A DNA stretch of 64,000 nt, taken from the NCBI GenBank assembly GCA_963827655.1, contig CAWHCF010000036.1:32001-96000 (forward strand). The letters run 5' to 3'. The position numbers and the translations under genes are program-made. A model generated the notes under the pieces. That model saw only the letters and a program-made list of their open reading frames with translations, had not been told where the DNA came from and did not search any database. The stretch comes from an uncultured Acidobacteriota bacterium. Its GTDB lineage: Bacteria > Acidobacteriota > UBA6911. Within the stretch, counting starts at the first letter, position 1. Each line of letters opens with the position of its first letter. Positions 32,288 to 41,520 of this stretch are shown here, piece after piece.

Positions 32288-32482
32288 CTCAGTCGCGCCC
32301 CCCAGCTTATGACGAAGCAAAGCCTTCGCTAACAGCACATCGCGTGGAAATTCCTCCATCGAGTTCCTAGCGTCTTCGCGTCTTCGTGGTGGGCTTTTGT
32401 TTTCAAACGCTAACCACTATGACACGAAGACGCGAAGAAATGCTAAGCCCTGTTACTGTTCTTAGGATTCCAGATTGGCTGT

Positions 32483-32872
32483 GTGCGCGGCGACCACCTG
32501 CCAGCCAACCTGTCGTTTCACCCAATCGCGGAGTTTCGGAAAGTCATCGCTCTGGTCGGTGGCAGCGCCCCTATCGAGACCAGTGTCAAGGCCTTGATGG
32601 GATACGCCTACGCCCTGTCTGGAGATAGAAGCCAGGCCATCAAGCTGATTGATGAAATATCCGATCCAAGTCAGCCGGAGGCACCGCCCTATTCGATAGC
32701 GGGAATCTATGCCGCCCTTGGTGAAACCGATCGGGCCTTCGAGTGGCTCAACAGGGCATATCACGGTCGCAGCTTTCAACTGGTCGGTCTGAAAGTGGAT
32801 CCAATCCTGGACAACCTGCGCTCCGACCCACGATTCAAGGATCTGCTTGATCGCATTGGACTCGCACATTGA
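32483..32872 (+). pseudogene. C-terminal TPR fragment of a kinase or adenylate-cyclase-type protein
   Basis: IYAALGETDRAFEWLNRAY...LKVDPILDNLRSDPRFKDLLDRIGL is the typical tail; no upstream body. Confidence 0.75.
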
Positions 32873-32987
32873 GCACGATCGCGAACTGCAAGTCAGTTTT
32901 GACGGCTCTCGGCGTGGCAGTTATTTGGTTGCGGGCGAGCGTAGCGTCGTGTTTCTTCGTGTCTTTCGTGATATTAGTTTCGCGGGA

Positions 32988-33674
32988 CTAGGGGCGCACT
33001 CGGATATGCGGCGGAGCGAATGCATTAACGAATGTGATTGATACTCGGGATCCTTTCCGAACATTGTTGACCAGGGCCGGCCGAAAACACGCAATACAGG
33101 TACCGCCCTGGTGGCGGACGCTCGGGTAGACAATACCAGCCGACCCTCCGTCAACAAGCTCCCTCGCCAACTGCTGGGAAGCGGCGTAGCTGTCCGGAGC
33201 CAGACACTTTCTGAACCGGGAATCTTCACGAATGTCGTGAAATTCACCTCGGAAGTCTGCCAGGAAGTCGACGAAGACGAATGTTTCTTTGTTGCGCCAA
33301 TTGATCTCTTGCAGCTCTCGCGACTTGTGAAATGCAACCTCCTGGCTCGATGTTTCGAGCGACAAGGCCGCGTACCACGCGCCGCGGTCCGGCCCATTAA
33401 AACGGCTTCCCAGTGGGTGCGGATGGGTGAATGCGGCATTGACAATGTGGCAATAAGAAAGTCCGAACACGAGCTCCCTTACCGAAATCCCGGGCAGAAG
33501 CCCTGCTTCACCCTGAAGACGCCCATTGGTCGCCCCCTCCAGTTCGAACAGAACGCTTAGCTTTTCGGGGTCGCTGGTGAGCCGGTTGAGGACACTTTCA
33601 TTGGCATCGGTGAATGCGGCAGCAATCAGACGATGGGTATCGTCTTGAAGAAGACGGGAAACGCGGGGACGCAC
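32988..33674 (-). CDS. RES domain toxin (NAD+ phosphorylase/ADP-ribosyltransferase class)
   Basis: THRLI, GSRFN...GAWYAA, EVAFH, SYAASQ and GIVYPSVR supply the R-E-S residues. Confidence 0.9.
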   Translation of the reverse strand: MRPRVSRLLQDDTHRLIAAAFTDANESVLNRLTSDPEKLSVLFELEGATNGRLQGEAGLLPGISVRELVFGLSYCHIVNAAFTHPHPLGSRFNGPDRGAWYAALSLETSSQEVAFHKSRELQEINWRNKETFVFVDFLADFRGEFHDIREDSRFRKCLAPDSYAASQQLARELVDGGSAGIVYPSVRHQGGTCIACFRPALVNNVRKGSRVSITFVNAFAPPHIRVRP

Positions 33675-34100
33675 TTAGCGGCCGCCCCGACGGGCATCCA
33701 GAAGCTGTCGCACGCGCAGCATCGCAGGTAATCCGCCTCTGATCAGGTAGACCAGCGGAGGCTCGCCGCCAAACATCGGGTTGGTATTGGGCAGCCGGAT
33801 CCACCGGTCAGCCAGGTTCCTGCTGTAAAGAATGTTCAGCGCTTTGAAGATTCCCGTCAGCAAAGAGATGCGGGTCAGCCTATCCTGATCCAGTACTCTT
33901 CGGACGCCTTTCTTCAGCTCGTAAAACGCTCCGTTCGACATACCGCCGAGCAGCTGCCGGGCATCTTCGTCTCGCAATTCCCAGAGCTGTGCGATTTTCA
34001 AGAAGCCTTCTACCGCCGGAGGGCTCAGCCGTTTCAGGACGTTCTTGTTCGAAAGATCGACCGGAGTGTCCCATCCAATCCCCGCCAGAGGTTTCGCCAT
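33675..34100 (-). CDS. Xre/MbcA/ParS-type antitoxin
   Basis: HTH-like N-terminus; DRLTRISLLTGIFKAL...ADRWIRLPN..PMFGGEPPL...VRQLLDARRG; abuts the RES gene. Confidence 0.9.
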   Translation of the reverse strand: MAKPLAGIGWDTPVDLSNKNVLKRLSPPAVEGFLKIAQLWELRDEDARQLLGGMSNGAFYELKKGVRRVLDQDRLTRISLLTGIFKALNILYSRNLADRWIRLPNTNPMFGGEPPLVYLIRGGLPAMLRVRQLLDARRGGR

Positions 34101-34198
34101 CGTTCCCGTCGAGCTCCAATGATGGAACAATATACATCCAATTATGGAGGACAGCAAGCCCTGGTCTTGCGCCGCCCATTCTCAATCATCAAGGAGCC

Positions 34199-34663
34199 TT
34201 AGTTGATGCGGTCTTCTTTCCAATATTTGCGGTGGCACTGCTGGCAAACCTCATACACCTGGCCGCCTGCCTCGAAGAGCGCCTCCGGGTTTTTCGCCTC
34301 CGCGGCCTTGAGCGCGACCACGCCAACATCCACCAGCGCCTGCGACAACTTCATCCAGTCGCCCTTGTCCCGAGCGCGGTCACCGATCATGAGCAGATTC
34401 CCGGATTCTGCCAGCGTCATAGCGTTATGCCGCACGGTGGCCCACTCCTCATCGTTTTTCGGGGCAATCTCTTCCACGCCGCTGAACGAGATCACGGTTC
34501 CGACTGACTCGAATAGAACTTCGGCAGCGGGGTGAATCGTCGATTCCATGAGCTGCTGCACGTTGGCAACCGGCTTGAATTCGGGCTTCGGGGCGCATGC
34601 CGATGAGAAGAACAGGACCGCGCTCACCGGAAAAAAAAGATAGATCGTTCGCATTGCTTTCAC
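34199..34663 (-). CDS. Cytochrome c'-like (class II) lipoprotein
   Basis: Lipobox-like SSAC; helical body; C-terminal CQQCH heme motif. Confidence 0.75.
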   Translation of the reverse strand: MKAMRTIYLFFPVSAVLFFSSACAPKPEFKPVANVQQLMESTIHPAAEVLFESVGTVISFSGVEEIAPKNDEEWATVRHNAMTLAESGNLLMIGDRARDKGDWMKLSQALVDVGVVALKAAEAKNPEALFEAGGQVYEVCQQCHRKYWKEDRIN

Positions 34664-34777
34664 CTTTCGGTCCTCGCCATTTTAACCGGTTTGCCGGCGA
34701 CGAGATACAGCCACGGGGGCCAGCCTTGACAAACTAAATCGTCCGGGTGTATCAAACTCGAACGGGAGAGGATCGAG

Positions 34778-35588
34778 ATGCGCAATCTGCTCAGAGGCGG
34801 GCTGATGGTCATCGCTATGGCCGCTGTGGCAGCCCTCTTCGCTCCGGCCACAGCCCCCTGGCTACAAGGCCCGTCGCACAGCTGACGGCAAACCCGACTT
34901 GAACGGTATCTGGCAGGCGCTCGGCTCGGCGCATTGGGACATCGAGGGTCATGCCGCGCGGCCGGGAGCGATAGTCGCGCTCGGCGCGGCCGGCGCAGTT
35001 CCCGCGGGGCTGGGGGTGGTAGAGGGGGGCGCGATTCCTTACCAGCCGTGGGCGGCGGAGAAAAAAAAGGAGAACCTCAAGAACTGGCTCACCGCCGACC
35101 CGGAAATCAAATGTTATATGCCGGGTGTGCCGCGTGCCACGTACATGCCTTTTCCCTTTCAAGTGGTTCAGACTCCGAAGCACATCCTGATAACCTACGA
35201 ATTCGCGGCCGCCAGCCGCATCGTCCACATGGATAGACCGGATTTCGAGAGTCCCATCGATACGTGGATGGGGCATTCGCGAGGCCGCTGGGAGGGAGAG
35301 ACGCTCGTCGTCGACGTTACCAGTTTCAACGGCCAGACCTGGTTCGACCGGGCCGGAAACTTCCACAGCGATGCCTTGCACGTGGTCGAGCGCTACACCG
35401 CCATCAGCCCTGACGCCCTGATGTACGAAGTAACCATCGAGGATCCGAAGGTATTTACGCGGCCCTGGAAGATGAATATGCCGATCTACCGCCGTCTGGA
35501 AAAGAATATTCAGCTCCTGGAATTCAAGTGCGTGGAGTTTGTTGAAGAGCTGATTTACGGCCACCTTCGCAAGAAGCCCGAAAAGTGA
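34778..35588 (+). CDS. Exported conserved hypothetical protein (PDLxGxW...WEGxTLVVD family), frameshift near 34850
   Basis: Signal peptide from ATG 34778 joins ORF 34899-35588; KCYMPGVPR, WMGHSRGRWEGETLVVD and EFKCVE. Confidence 0.75.
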
Positions 35589-35606
35589 AAAGAGAGGAGG
35601 ATTGAG

Positions 35607-36644
35607 ATGAGGTATCGATTTCTCACTTCCACGGTGGCGCTGGCAGCCGTGACCGCGGTCGCAGCGCTTGCGCCGGTGCTTGCCGCGGGCCAGGCCACGA
35701 CGGGCGAGGCAAAGGTGAAGGGCGCAACCAGGACCAAGACGGCCAGGGCTGACGGGACTCCGCCGCGTACCCCGTGGGGCGCGCCCGACCTGCAGGGAAC
35801 ATGGGATTTCGCAACCATTACGCCCTTGGAGCGACCCAGTGATCTTGCCGGGAAAGAGGTTCTTACGGCGGAGGAAGCCGCTGAGTTCGAACGAAAAACA
35901 CTTCAACAGCGCAATCCAGATCGTCGAGACGGTGGGGCGCAAGCCGACGTCGGACGCGCTTACAATCAATTCTGGTGGGACTATGGAAACAAGGTCATAG
36001 GGAGCAAGCGAACTTCTCTGGTCGTGGATCCGCCGGACGGCAGGGTTCCGCCCCTTTCGCCGGAGGGACAGAAAAGGGCTGATGCCCGTTCAGCCGTCAG
36101 GCAACGCCCTGCTGCCGGTCCGGAGGATCGGAATTTGTGGGAGCGTTGTATCATGGGAGGCAACGCCGGACCGCCGATGCTTCCAGGTCCCTACAATAAC
36201 GTCGTTCAGCTCTTCCAGACTCCCGGATACGTGGTGATTCTCAACGAGATGATCAACGACGCTCGCGTCGTCCCGCTGGACGGGCGTCCGCATCTGCCGC
36301 CGAGCATTCGCCAGTGGAGAGGGGACTCGCGTGGCCGCTGGGAAGGCGATACCCTGGTCGTCGACACCACAAACTTCACCGAAGAGCCGAATTTCAGAGG
36401 GGCCAGCGAGGCTTTGCATCTGGTCGAGCGTTTCACTCGAGTCGCAGCCGACACGCTCCTTTACGAATTCACGGTTCAGGATCCGAAGACGTGGACCAAA
36501 CCCTGGTCAGTGGCCGTGCCCATGACCAAGAGCGAGGGTTCCATCTATGAGTACGCGTGTCACGAGGGGAACTATGGCATGTTCAACATGCTCGCGGGAG
36601 CCCGCGCACAGGAAAACGCCGTCGAGCAAGCCCCGAAAAAGTGA
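35607..36644 (+). CDS. Exported conserved hypothetical protein, paralog of 34778-35588
   Basis: PDLQGTW, ERCI, WRGDSRGRWEGDTLVVD and YEYACHEGN. Confidence 0.8.
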   Translation: MRYRFLTSTVALAAVTAVAALAPVLAAGQATTGEAKVKGATRTKTARADGTPPRTPWGAPDLQGTWDFATITPLERPSDLAGKEVLTAEEAAEFERKTLQQRNPDRRDGGAQADVGRAYNQFWWDYGNKVIGSKRTSLVVDPPDGRVPPLSPEGQKRADARSAVRQRPAAGPEDRNLWERCIMGGNAGPPMLPGPYNNVVQLFQTPGYVVILNEMINDARVVPLDGRPHLPPSIRQWRGDSRGRWEGDTLVVDTTNFTEEPNFRGASEALHLVERFTRVAADTLLYEFTVQDPKTWTKPWSVAVPMTKSEGSIYEYACHEGNYGMFNMLAGARAQENAVEQAPKK

Positions 36645-36705
36645 TGATGATTACTGCGCCGGACGTAAAGTGGCCATGGGACTTAGAAAGCGAGAGGTAA
36701 TTCCG

Positions 36706-37140
36706 ATGCGAACCAAGCTATCCGTGGTTGTTGCCGTCGCCGGGCTGATTCTTGCGGGCGCTAGCCCTGCGTCGGCGCACCACGCATTTGCCGCGGAATT
36801 TGACGCGAACAAGCCGGTCAAGTTGAAGGGTATGGTCACGAAGATGGAATGGATCAATCCCCATGCCTGGATTCACATCGACGTGAAAGGCGCCAATGGC
36901 CAGGTGGAAAAGTGGATGATCGAAGGTGGCACTCCGAACACCTTGCTCAGGCGAGGCTTCACCAAAAATTCCCTGTTGCCTGGAACCGAGATTGTCGTTG
37001 ACGGTTATCAGGCCAAGGACGGATCGATGAAAGCCAACGGCCGGGATCTCACGTTTCCCGATGGGCGAAAGCTTTTTTTGGGCTCGTCCGGCACTGGCGC
37101 GCCGAAAGACGGGCGAGATCCGACTGAACCGAAGCGATAG
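36706..37140 (+). CDS. DUF6152-like exported OB-fold protein with predicted mature N-terminal His-His
   Basis: Signal peptide ending ASA, then HHAFAAEFD; WINPHAW; GAGAGG RBS. Confidence 0.8.
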   Translation: MRTKLSVVVAVAGLILAGASPASAHHAFAAEFDANKPVKLKGMVTKMEWINPHAWIHIDVKGANGQVEKWMIEGGTPNTLLRRGFTKNSLLPGTEIVVDGYQAKDGSMKANGRDLTFPDGRKLFLGSSGTGAPKDGRDPTEPKR

Positions 37141-37150
37141 ACTTCGAAGA

Positions 37151-37634
37151 CTACCCCGAAAACCCGATCCAGCGTCCTGAGGCGGCGACGACGGTCCACA
37201 GAGTGACTGAGACCAGGGCCACCAGTTTCCTCCAGAGCGGCCGCACTCGCGTCATCATCGGCCGCGGCCACGCGGCGGCGCACCGTGAAAGTAAAGACGA
37301 TCGCCGGGAACAGAAACGTCATCTTGGTCATGAAGGCAGCACTGTAGTAGCACTTGACGGCCTCCGACAGGAATAGCAGTATCCCGGAGACCACCATCAC
37401 AACAAGGCCGCCGGCCAGCCACGGTTGGGCATCCCGCGCCAATTGCGCCACCGGCTGGCGCCGCAATCCAAGGCCGAGTAAACGTAAGTCAACCACCAGA
37501 ACAGCTCCGCCGATCAAGGCCAGCGCCAGGAGATGGAAGGACTCGACGACGGGAAAAAGCCACAGCGAGCCGCGTATCGCGTTGCCCACGGCGGTGTTTT
37601 CGCACCACTCAAAGACAGGCAAGAGAGACGCCAA
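37151..37634 (-). CDS. DUF6644-like 4-TM membrane protein, frameshift near 37240
   Basis: FPVVESFHLL, DLRLLG and FMTK motifs; ends GRWIGFSG* in another frame. Confidence 0.75.
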
Positions 37635-37646
37635 GAAAGTCCTCCT

Positions 37647-38159
37647 CTAATGGACGCCGGGCGGGTCGAACCAGTTATACGCGATCATTCGTCCCGCGAC
37701 GACGATGCCGGCCCATAGCAGGAGAGAGAGCGCGGCCGCGACTCTCGCACCTCTTGGCGGAACGGGGTCCAGATCCCATTCGGCCACCCTGCGATACACC
37801 GTCGAATGAAAACACCAGACATTAAGACCAGACAATATCAACATCACAACCTTGATCCGAAAGAAGATATTCAGGTAGGTCCTTACCGGAATGGCATAGA
37901 ACAGAAGCGCCCCGCTGATAACCATCAGCGCGAATCCCGCCGCAGTCCAGGGCAATAACTGCCGCGCGGCCTCCGACACCGGCACGCGCCGCATGGTCAC
38001 GCCCAGGAGACGCAGGTCCAGCATCACAGCCGTTCCGAGAAACAGGCTCAACGTCAGCACATGGAGCGACTCAACAATGGGATAAACCCAGAGCGATTCG
38101 TGGAGCGCAATACTCCACGGTGTTTTCTCCAGCCATTGGCAGAAACCAAGCAGTGACAT
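37647..38159 (-). CDS. DUF6644-like 4-TM membrane protein
   Basis: YPIVESLHVL, DLRLLG, FRIK and AGRMIAY motifs. Confidence 0.8.
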   Translation of the reverse strand: MSLLGFCQWLEKTPWSIALHESLWVYPIVESLHVLTLSLFLGTAVMLDLRLLGVTMRRVPVSEAARQLLPWTAAGFALMVISGALLFYAIPVRTYLNIFFRIKVVMLILSGLNVWCFHSTVYRRVAEWDLDPVPPRGARVAAALSLLLWAGIVVAGRMIAYNWFDPPGVH

Positions 38160-38235
38160 TCCGGGACCTGAGCGCTCGAGAATCATAACCGAACCGTCTC
38201 TAGAGAGTCAATGAATCGAAAGTTCTTGAAAGACC

Positions 38236-38650
38236 GTTTGGAGTGCGCAACCTTGCTTGCCCCATGTGCCGCGAACCGGCCAACTCCTGGAAGCGAAGCA
38301 AGCTTCGCCAAATTAAGGCGATAGCAAGCTCTGAACCTTACACGCATCTTTGCATTGGTCCAGAACGAACGGTTACGCCAGCTCGCGCCCTGAAAGGGCG
38401 AAGGAAATTAGCCGGGGGCAAGCGGAGCGCTGCCCCCGGTCACAGACAGGCGAAGAGACGCGCCCCGGAGGGGCGCTGGACACGGCCCCTCAATGCTCCG
38501 GCGCCCCTCTCAGGGCGCACAAACTATAAACCCCTAACCCCGGGCTGCGCTTCGCTTGCCCCGGGGCTAATTTCCGTCGCCCCCTCCGGGGCGAAATCGC
38601 CGAGACCGATGAGATGCGTGTAAGGTCCGGAGCAAGCTACCGCACTCCAA
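38236..38650. repeat. REP-like inverted pair (TTGGAGTGCG ... CGCACTCCAA) interrupted by a MITE
   Basis: Inverted termini at 38236-38246 and 38641-38650; related units at 41254-41285 and 62837-62950. Confidence 0.7.
38331..38630. mobile_element. 300-bp MITE with 19-bp TIRs and an 8-bp TSD
   Basis: CTGAACCTTACACGCATCT versus CCGGACCTTACACGCATCT (17/19); AGCAAGCT duplicated at 38323-38330 and 38631-38638. Confidence 0.85.
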
Positions 38651-38751
38651 GACACAAGCGGAATCACGCCCTGTGCTCCCGATACAAGAGAGACCTTGCG
38701 TCCTCTGCCGACTCTTACTACACTGATCCCACCGCGTCCGGGAGAACTACC

Positions 38752-39750
38752 ATGAAAACGAGCCCTTTCCTTAATTTGTGCCTGCTGCTGGCGTTCCCGC
38801 TCAAGGCGGCAGATACAGTTCGCATCATCCAGACCAACAGCGCCGGCGACAACATCCACATCATCGACCCCGCAACCAACAAGGTCGTGGCGATCATCGA
38901 AGGCGTTGAAGTAAACCATGGCATCGCCGCCGCTCCCGGCGGAAGCCGTTACTACGTCAGCAATGAAGCCGATACCACACTCGACGTGGTGGATGGAAAA
39001 AGCCTGAAGGTCTTCAAGAAAATACCGCTAACGGGCCGCCCCAACAATGTTGCCATCAGCACGGACGGGAAGCGGGTCTATGTCGCGATCAATGTGGCGC
39101 CAGGCGCCATAGATGTGATTGACACTGCTTCGCTGGAGAGAGCGAAGAGCATCCCTGCGAAGGGGGGAGTCCACAACACCTACGTAACGCCGGACGGCAA
39201 GTATGTTATCGGCGGCTCCATCACGGGACGCATGCTGACGGTCATCAACTACCCAGCGGAAACGATCGCCTGGGAGCTTCCAATGGAGTCCGGTGTGCGA
39301 CCGATGGCGTTCTCGCGCAAGCCCGATGGGGCGACCGACAAGCTGTTCATGAACCTCTCCGAGCACCATGGCTTTGTGGTGATTGATTTCGATACGCGCA
39401 AGGAGGTGGCGAGGATTACGCTCCCGAAACCAGACCACACTGCTGTGGCACACATTGCGGGTACTCCGTCTCACGGCCTGGCAGTCGCGCCCAATGGCAA
39501 GAGCGTGTGGTGCAATAGCTCGCTGAACAGCTCGGTCTACGGCTATTCGCTCCCGGATCTCAAGCTGATCGGAGGCGTCAAAGTCGGTGTGGTTCCGGAT
39601 TGGCTCACCTTCTCGCCGGAGGGCATTCTTTACGTAGCGAATGCAGGCTCGAACACGACATCTGCGGTTGACATCAACAGCTTGAAGGTCAAGGCTATCA
39701 TCCCGGTTGGGCAGGTTCCCAAGCGCAACATCACTGTTGTTGCGCCTTGA
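38752..39750 (+). CDS. YncE/YVTN-type beta-propeller exported protein
   Basis: IIDPATNKVVA, HGIA, PNNVAIS, HNTYVTPDG, PSHGLAV and IPVGQVP blades. Confidence 0.85.
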   Translation: MKTSPFLNLCLLLAFPLKAADTVRIIQTNSAGDNIHIIDPATNKVVAIIEGVEVNHGIAAAPGGSRYYVSNEADTTLDVVDGKSLKVFKKIPLTGRPNNVAISTDGKRVYVAINVAPGAIDVIDTASLERAKSIPAKGGVHNTYVTPDGKYVIGGSITGRMLTVINYPAETIAWELPMESGVRPMAFSRKPDGATDKLFMNLSEHHGFVVIDFDTRKEVARITLPKPDHTAVAHIAGTPSHGLAVAPNGKSVWCNSSLNSSVYGYSLPDLKLIGGVKVGVVPDWLTFSPEGILYVANAGSNTTSAVDINSLKVKAIIPVGQVPKRNITVVAP

Positions 39751-39829
39751 ATCGAAACCTGATCCTGCAACCCTCCACACGGCGCAGGGCGGGAATGGCG
39801 GTAGCAAGCTGCCCGTACCCCGAAACGTG

Positions 39830-40692
39830 CCGGAAGTCATCGACTGTCGCGCAATCCACTCAGACAGGGTCAGAAACTCCGGGTCATTCTGGGAGATCCA
39901 GAACTTTCCTCCCGTGTGCGCCGGGCTGCCCCCGGCTTCCGTGGCGAGAGGGTGCACCAGGAGCCGGCTCTTGAGAGGCTGTCCCGGAACGATAAGGCGC
40001 GTGACAGTCTCGAAATTGCGGCGAGATTGCTCCTCGGTCCACGTCTTGCTGCCGGCGGTCAGAGGCTGTAGACGCATGGGCGTGGCGAGGATCGTGTGGC
40101 AGGCAAAGCACGCCACGCCGCCGGCAGCGGCGCCCCCGCCCTTCCGAGGATTGAGGAAAATCGGCTCCACCCGGGTCCGGTAGAAGTCAAAATCCAGGAC
40201 CTGCGCCGCGTTGGAAGCGTCCGGTGCTCCCGTGCGGACCCACTCCGCCAGCGTCTGCCATTCGGGTTCGCTCTGGGAATACCAGTGCTGGCCGCCCGAA
40301 TGGTAAGGGTCGCCGCCGGCCTGGGCCGACAGCGGGTGCATCAGCAGCCGGCTCGCCGTTGGGTCTCCGGGAACTACGAATTGCGAAGCCGCCCGGTAGT
40401 TGACGCGGGACTGTTCTTCATTCCAGTTCGTGGCGCCTGGCGACAGGCTCGCCAGAACAAACGCCGTCCGACCCACATGGCAGGAGACGCAGCGGGCATT
40501 GCCCTTGCGCTTATGCAGGAAGATGGGCTGAACCCGGGCCTTGAAGAATTCATAATCCACAGGCCTTCCCGAAGAGGACGCCGTCTGCGTCTTCGCGGGA
40601 GTCGCGCCTCCTTGGGTAGCGGACGACGCTCCCGGGACAAGCCCCAATGCAAGGATATACACCGCTGCGCATGCGAGCAGAGCTACTCTCAT
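39830..40692 (-). CDS. Exported di-heme c-type cytochrome made of two tandem homologous domains (3' end uncertain)
   Basis: CVSCH and CFACH, each in a DF.F...V.PIFL...CxxCH...EEQSR.N...VPG.P..SRLL.HPL...GG.P.H.GG..W unit; the computed ORF runs on to 39028 antisense to the propeller gene. Confidence 0.75.
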
Positions 40693-40808
40693 AACGATGC
40701 CCTTCCTCCAATTCTCTCGTCTGACGACGCGCTCAATCCCCTGCCGATAAGACCCAGTGTACGATTTTTGCGCCGGTCATTGTCAAGTACGGAGCAGTCG
40801 GGCCGGAC

Positions 40809-40860
40809 TAAGGCTCGCCCCGAAATAACTTCACATTCTGCCGCGAGAGCCGGTGGTCAG
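40809..40860. mobile_element. Solo left end of the 233-bp MITE family
   Basis: TAAGGCTCGCCCCGAAATAACTTCACATTCTGCCGCGAGAGCCGGTGGTCA closely matches 18256-18307. Confidence 0.7.
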
Positions 40861-41013
40861 TTTTTTTAGTCTTCCGTTTGCTCCGCAGCCTGACACTCTC
40901 CGCGCCTTTCGGGTGTGAACCTCAGATAAGGCGAAATAAGCTTCGCACTGGAGTTTGGACATTTCGCTGGCACAGAAGATGAGCGCCGTTAGACCCGATT
41001 TCCCCGGCATTAC

Positions 41014-41213
41014 GAGACTGTCTCAAAACGTCCCGATCCATGTGCGGACGGGCTATCAAGCCCGTCCGGCTTCCGAGGGGGCACAACTGAACTGTTAGGC
41101 TAAGGCGTACCGATTACGTTACGTGCAACGGTCTCATCTGGCCCGTCGCCACAGGGTGCTCTAAAGAATGTCTGAGCCACACTACCAGGGAAATCTGAGT
41201 TTGAGACAGTCTC
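41014..41213. mobile_element. 200-bp MITE with 14-bp perfect TIRs and TTAC TSD, carrying two REP-like hairpins
   Basis: GAGACTGTCTCAAA / TTTGAGACAGTCTC; TTAC at 41010-41013 and 41214-41217; colinear with the reverse complement of 63116-63311. Confidence 0.85.
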
Positions 41214-41520
41214 TTACGGCCGGAGTTACGCTCTGTCGGCTCCACAGGAGCGCTTTGGAATGCGCAAGCTTGCTTCCTCGCTTCCGGAATGGTCAATCTC
41301 AGGCCCTGCGACCACAGTTCCAGGTGTATGATTCCGTGCTCCGTTGATGATTTACGTAACGAGGAGAAAAGGTCTGAGACAGGGTCCGTGGAGTTGGCAG
41401 GGGACAGAAAAGTCCTTCCGGAGTCTCGGCAAGAATCGTCGTGTGTGAACGACATTGACCTTCGCAAAGGCGCCAATTGAGCCCTGGAGTCAGCCGCAAG
41501 TAGCGCGAAAAGAGGTTTCC

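Noticed and set aside
38243-38623. 126-aa ORF as a transposase
   Set aside because: It is translated palindromic MITE DNA with no DDE or HUH motifs.
39028-39830. C-terminal ~270 aa of the 554-aa minus-strand ORF as real protein
   Set aside because: It is antisense to the well-formed YncE-like gene and has no motifs; a lost stop codon is more likely.
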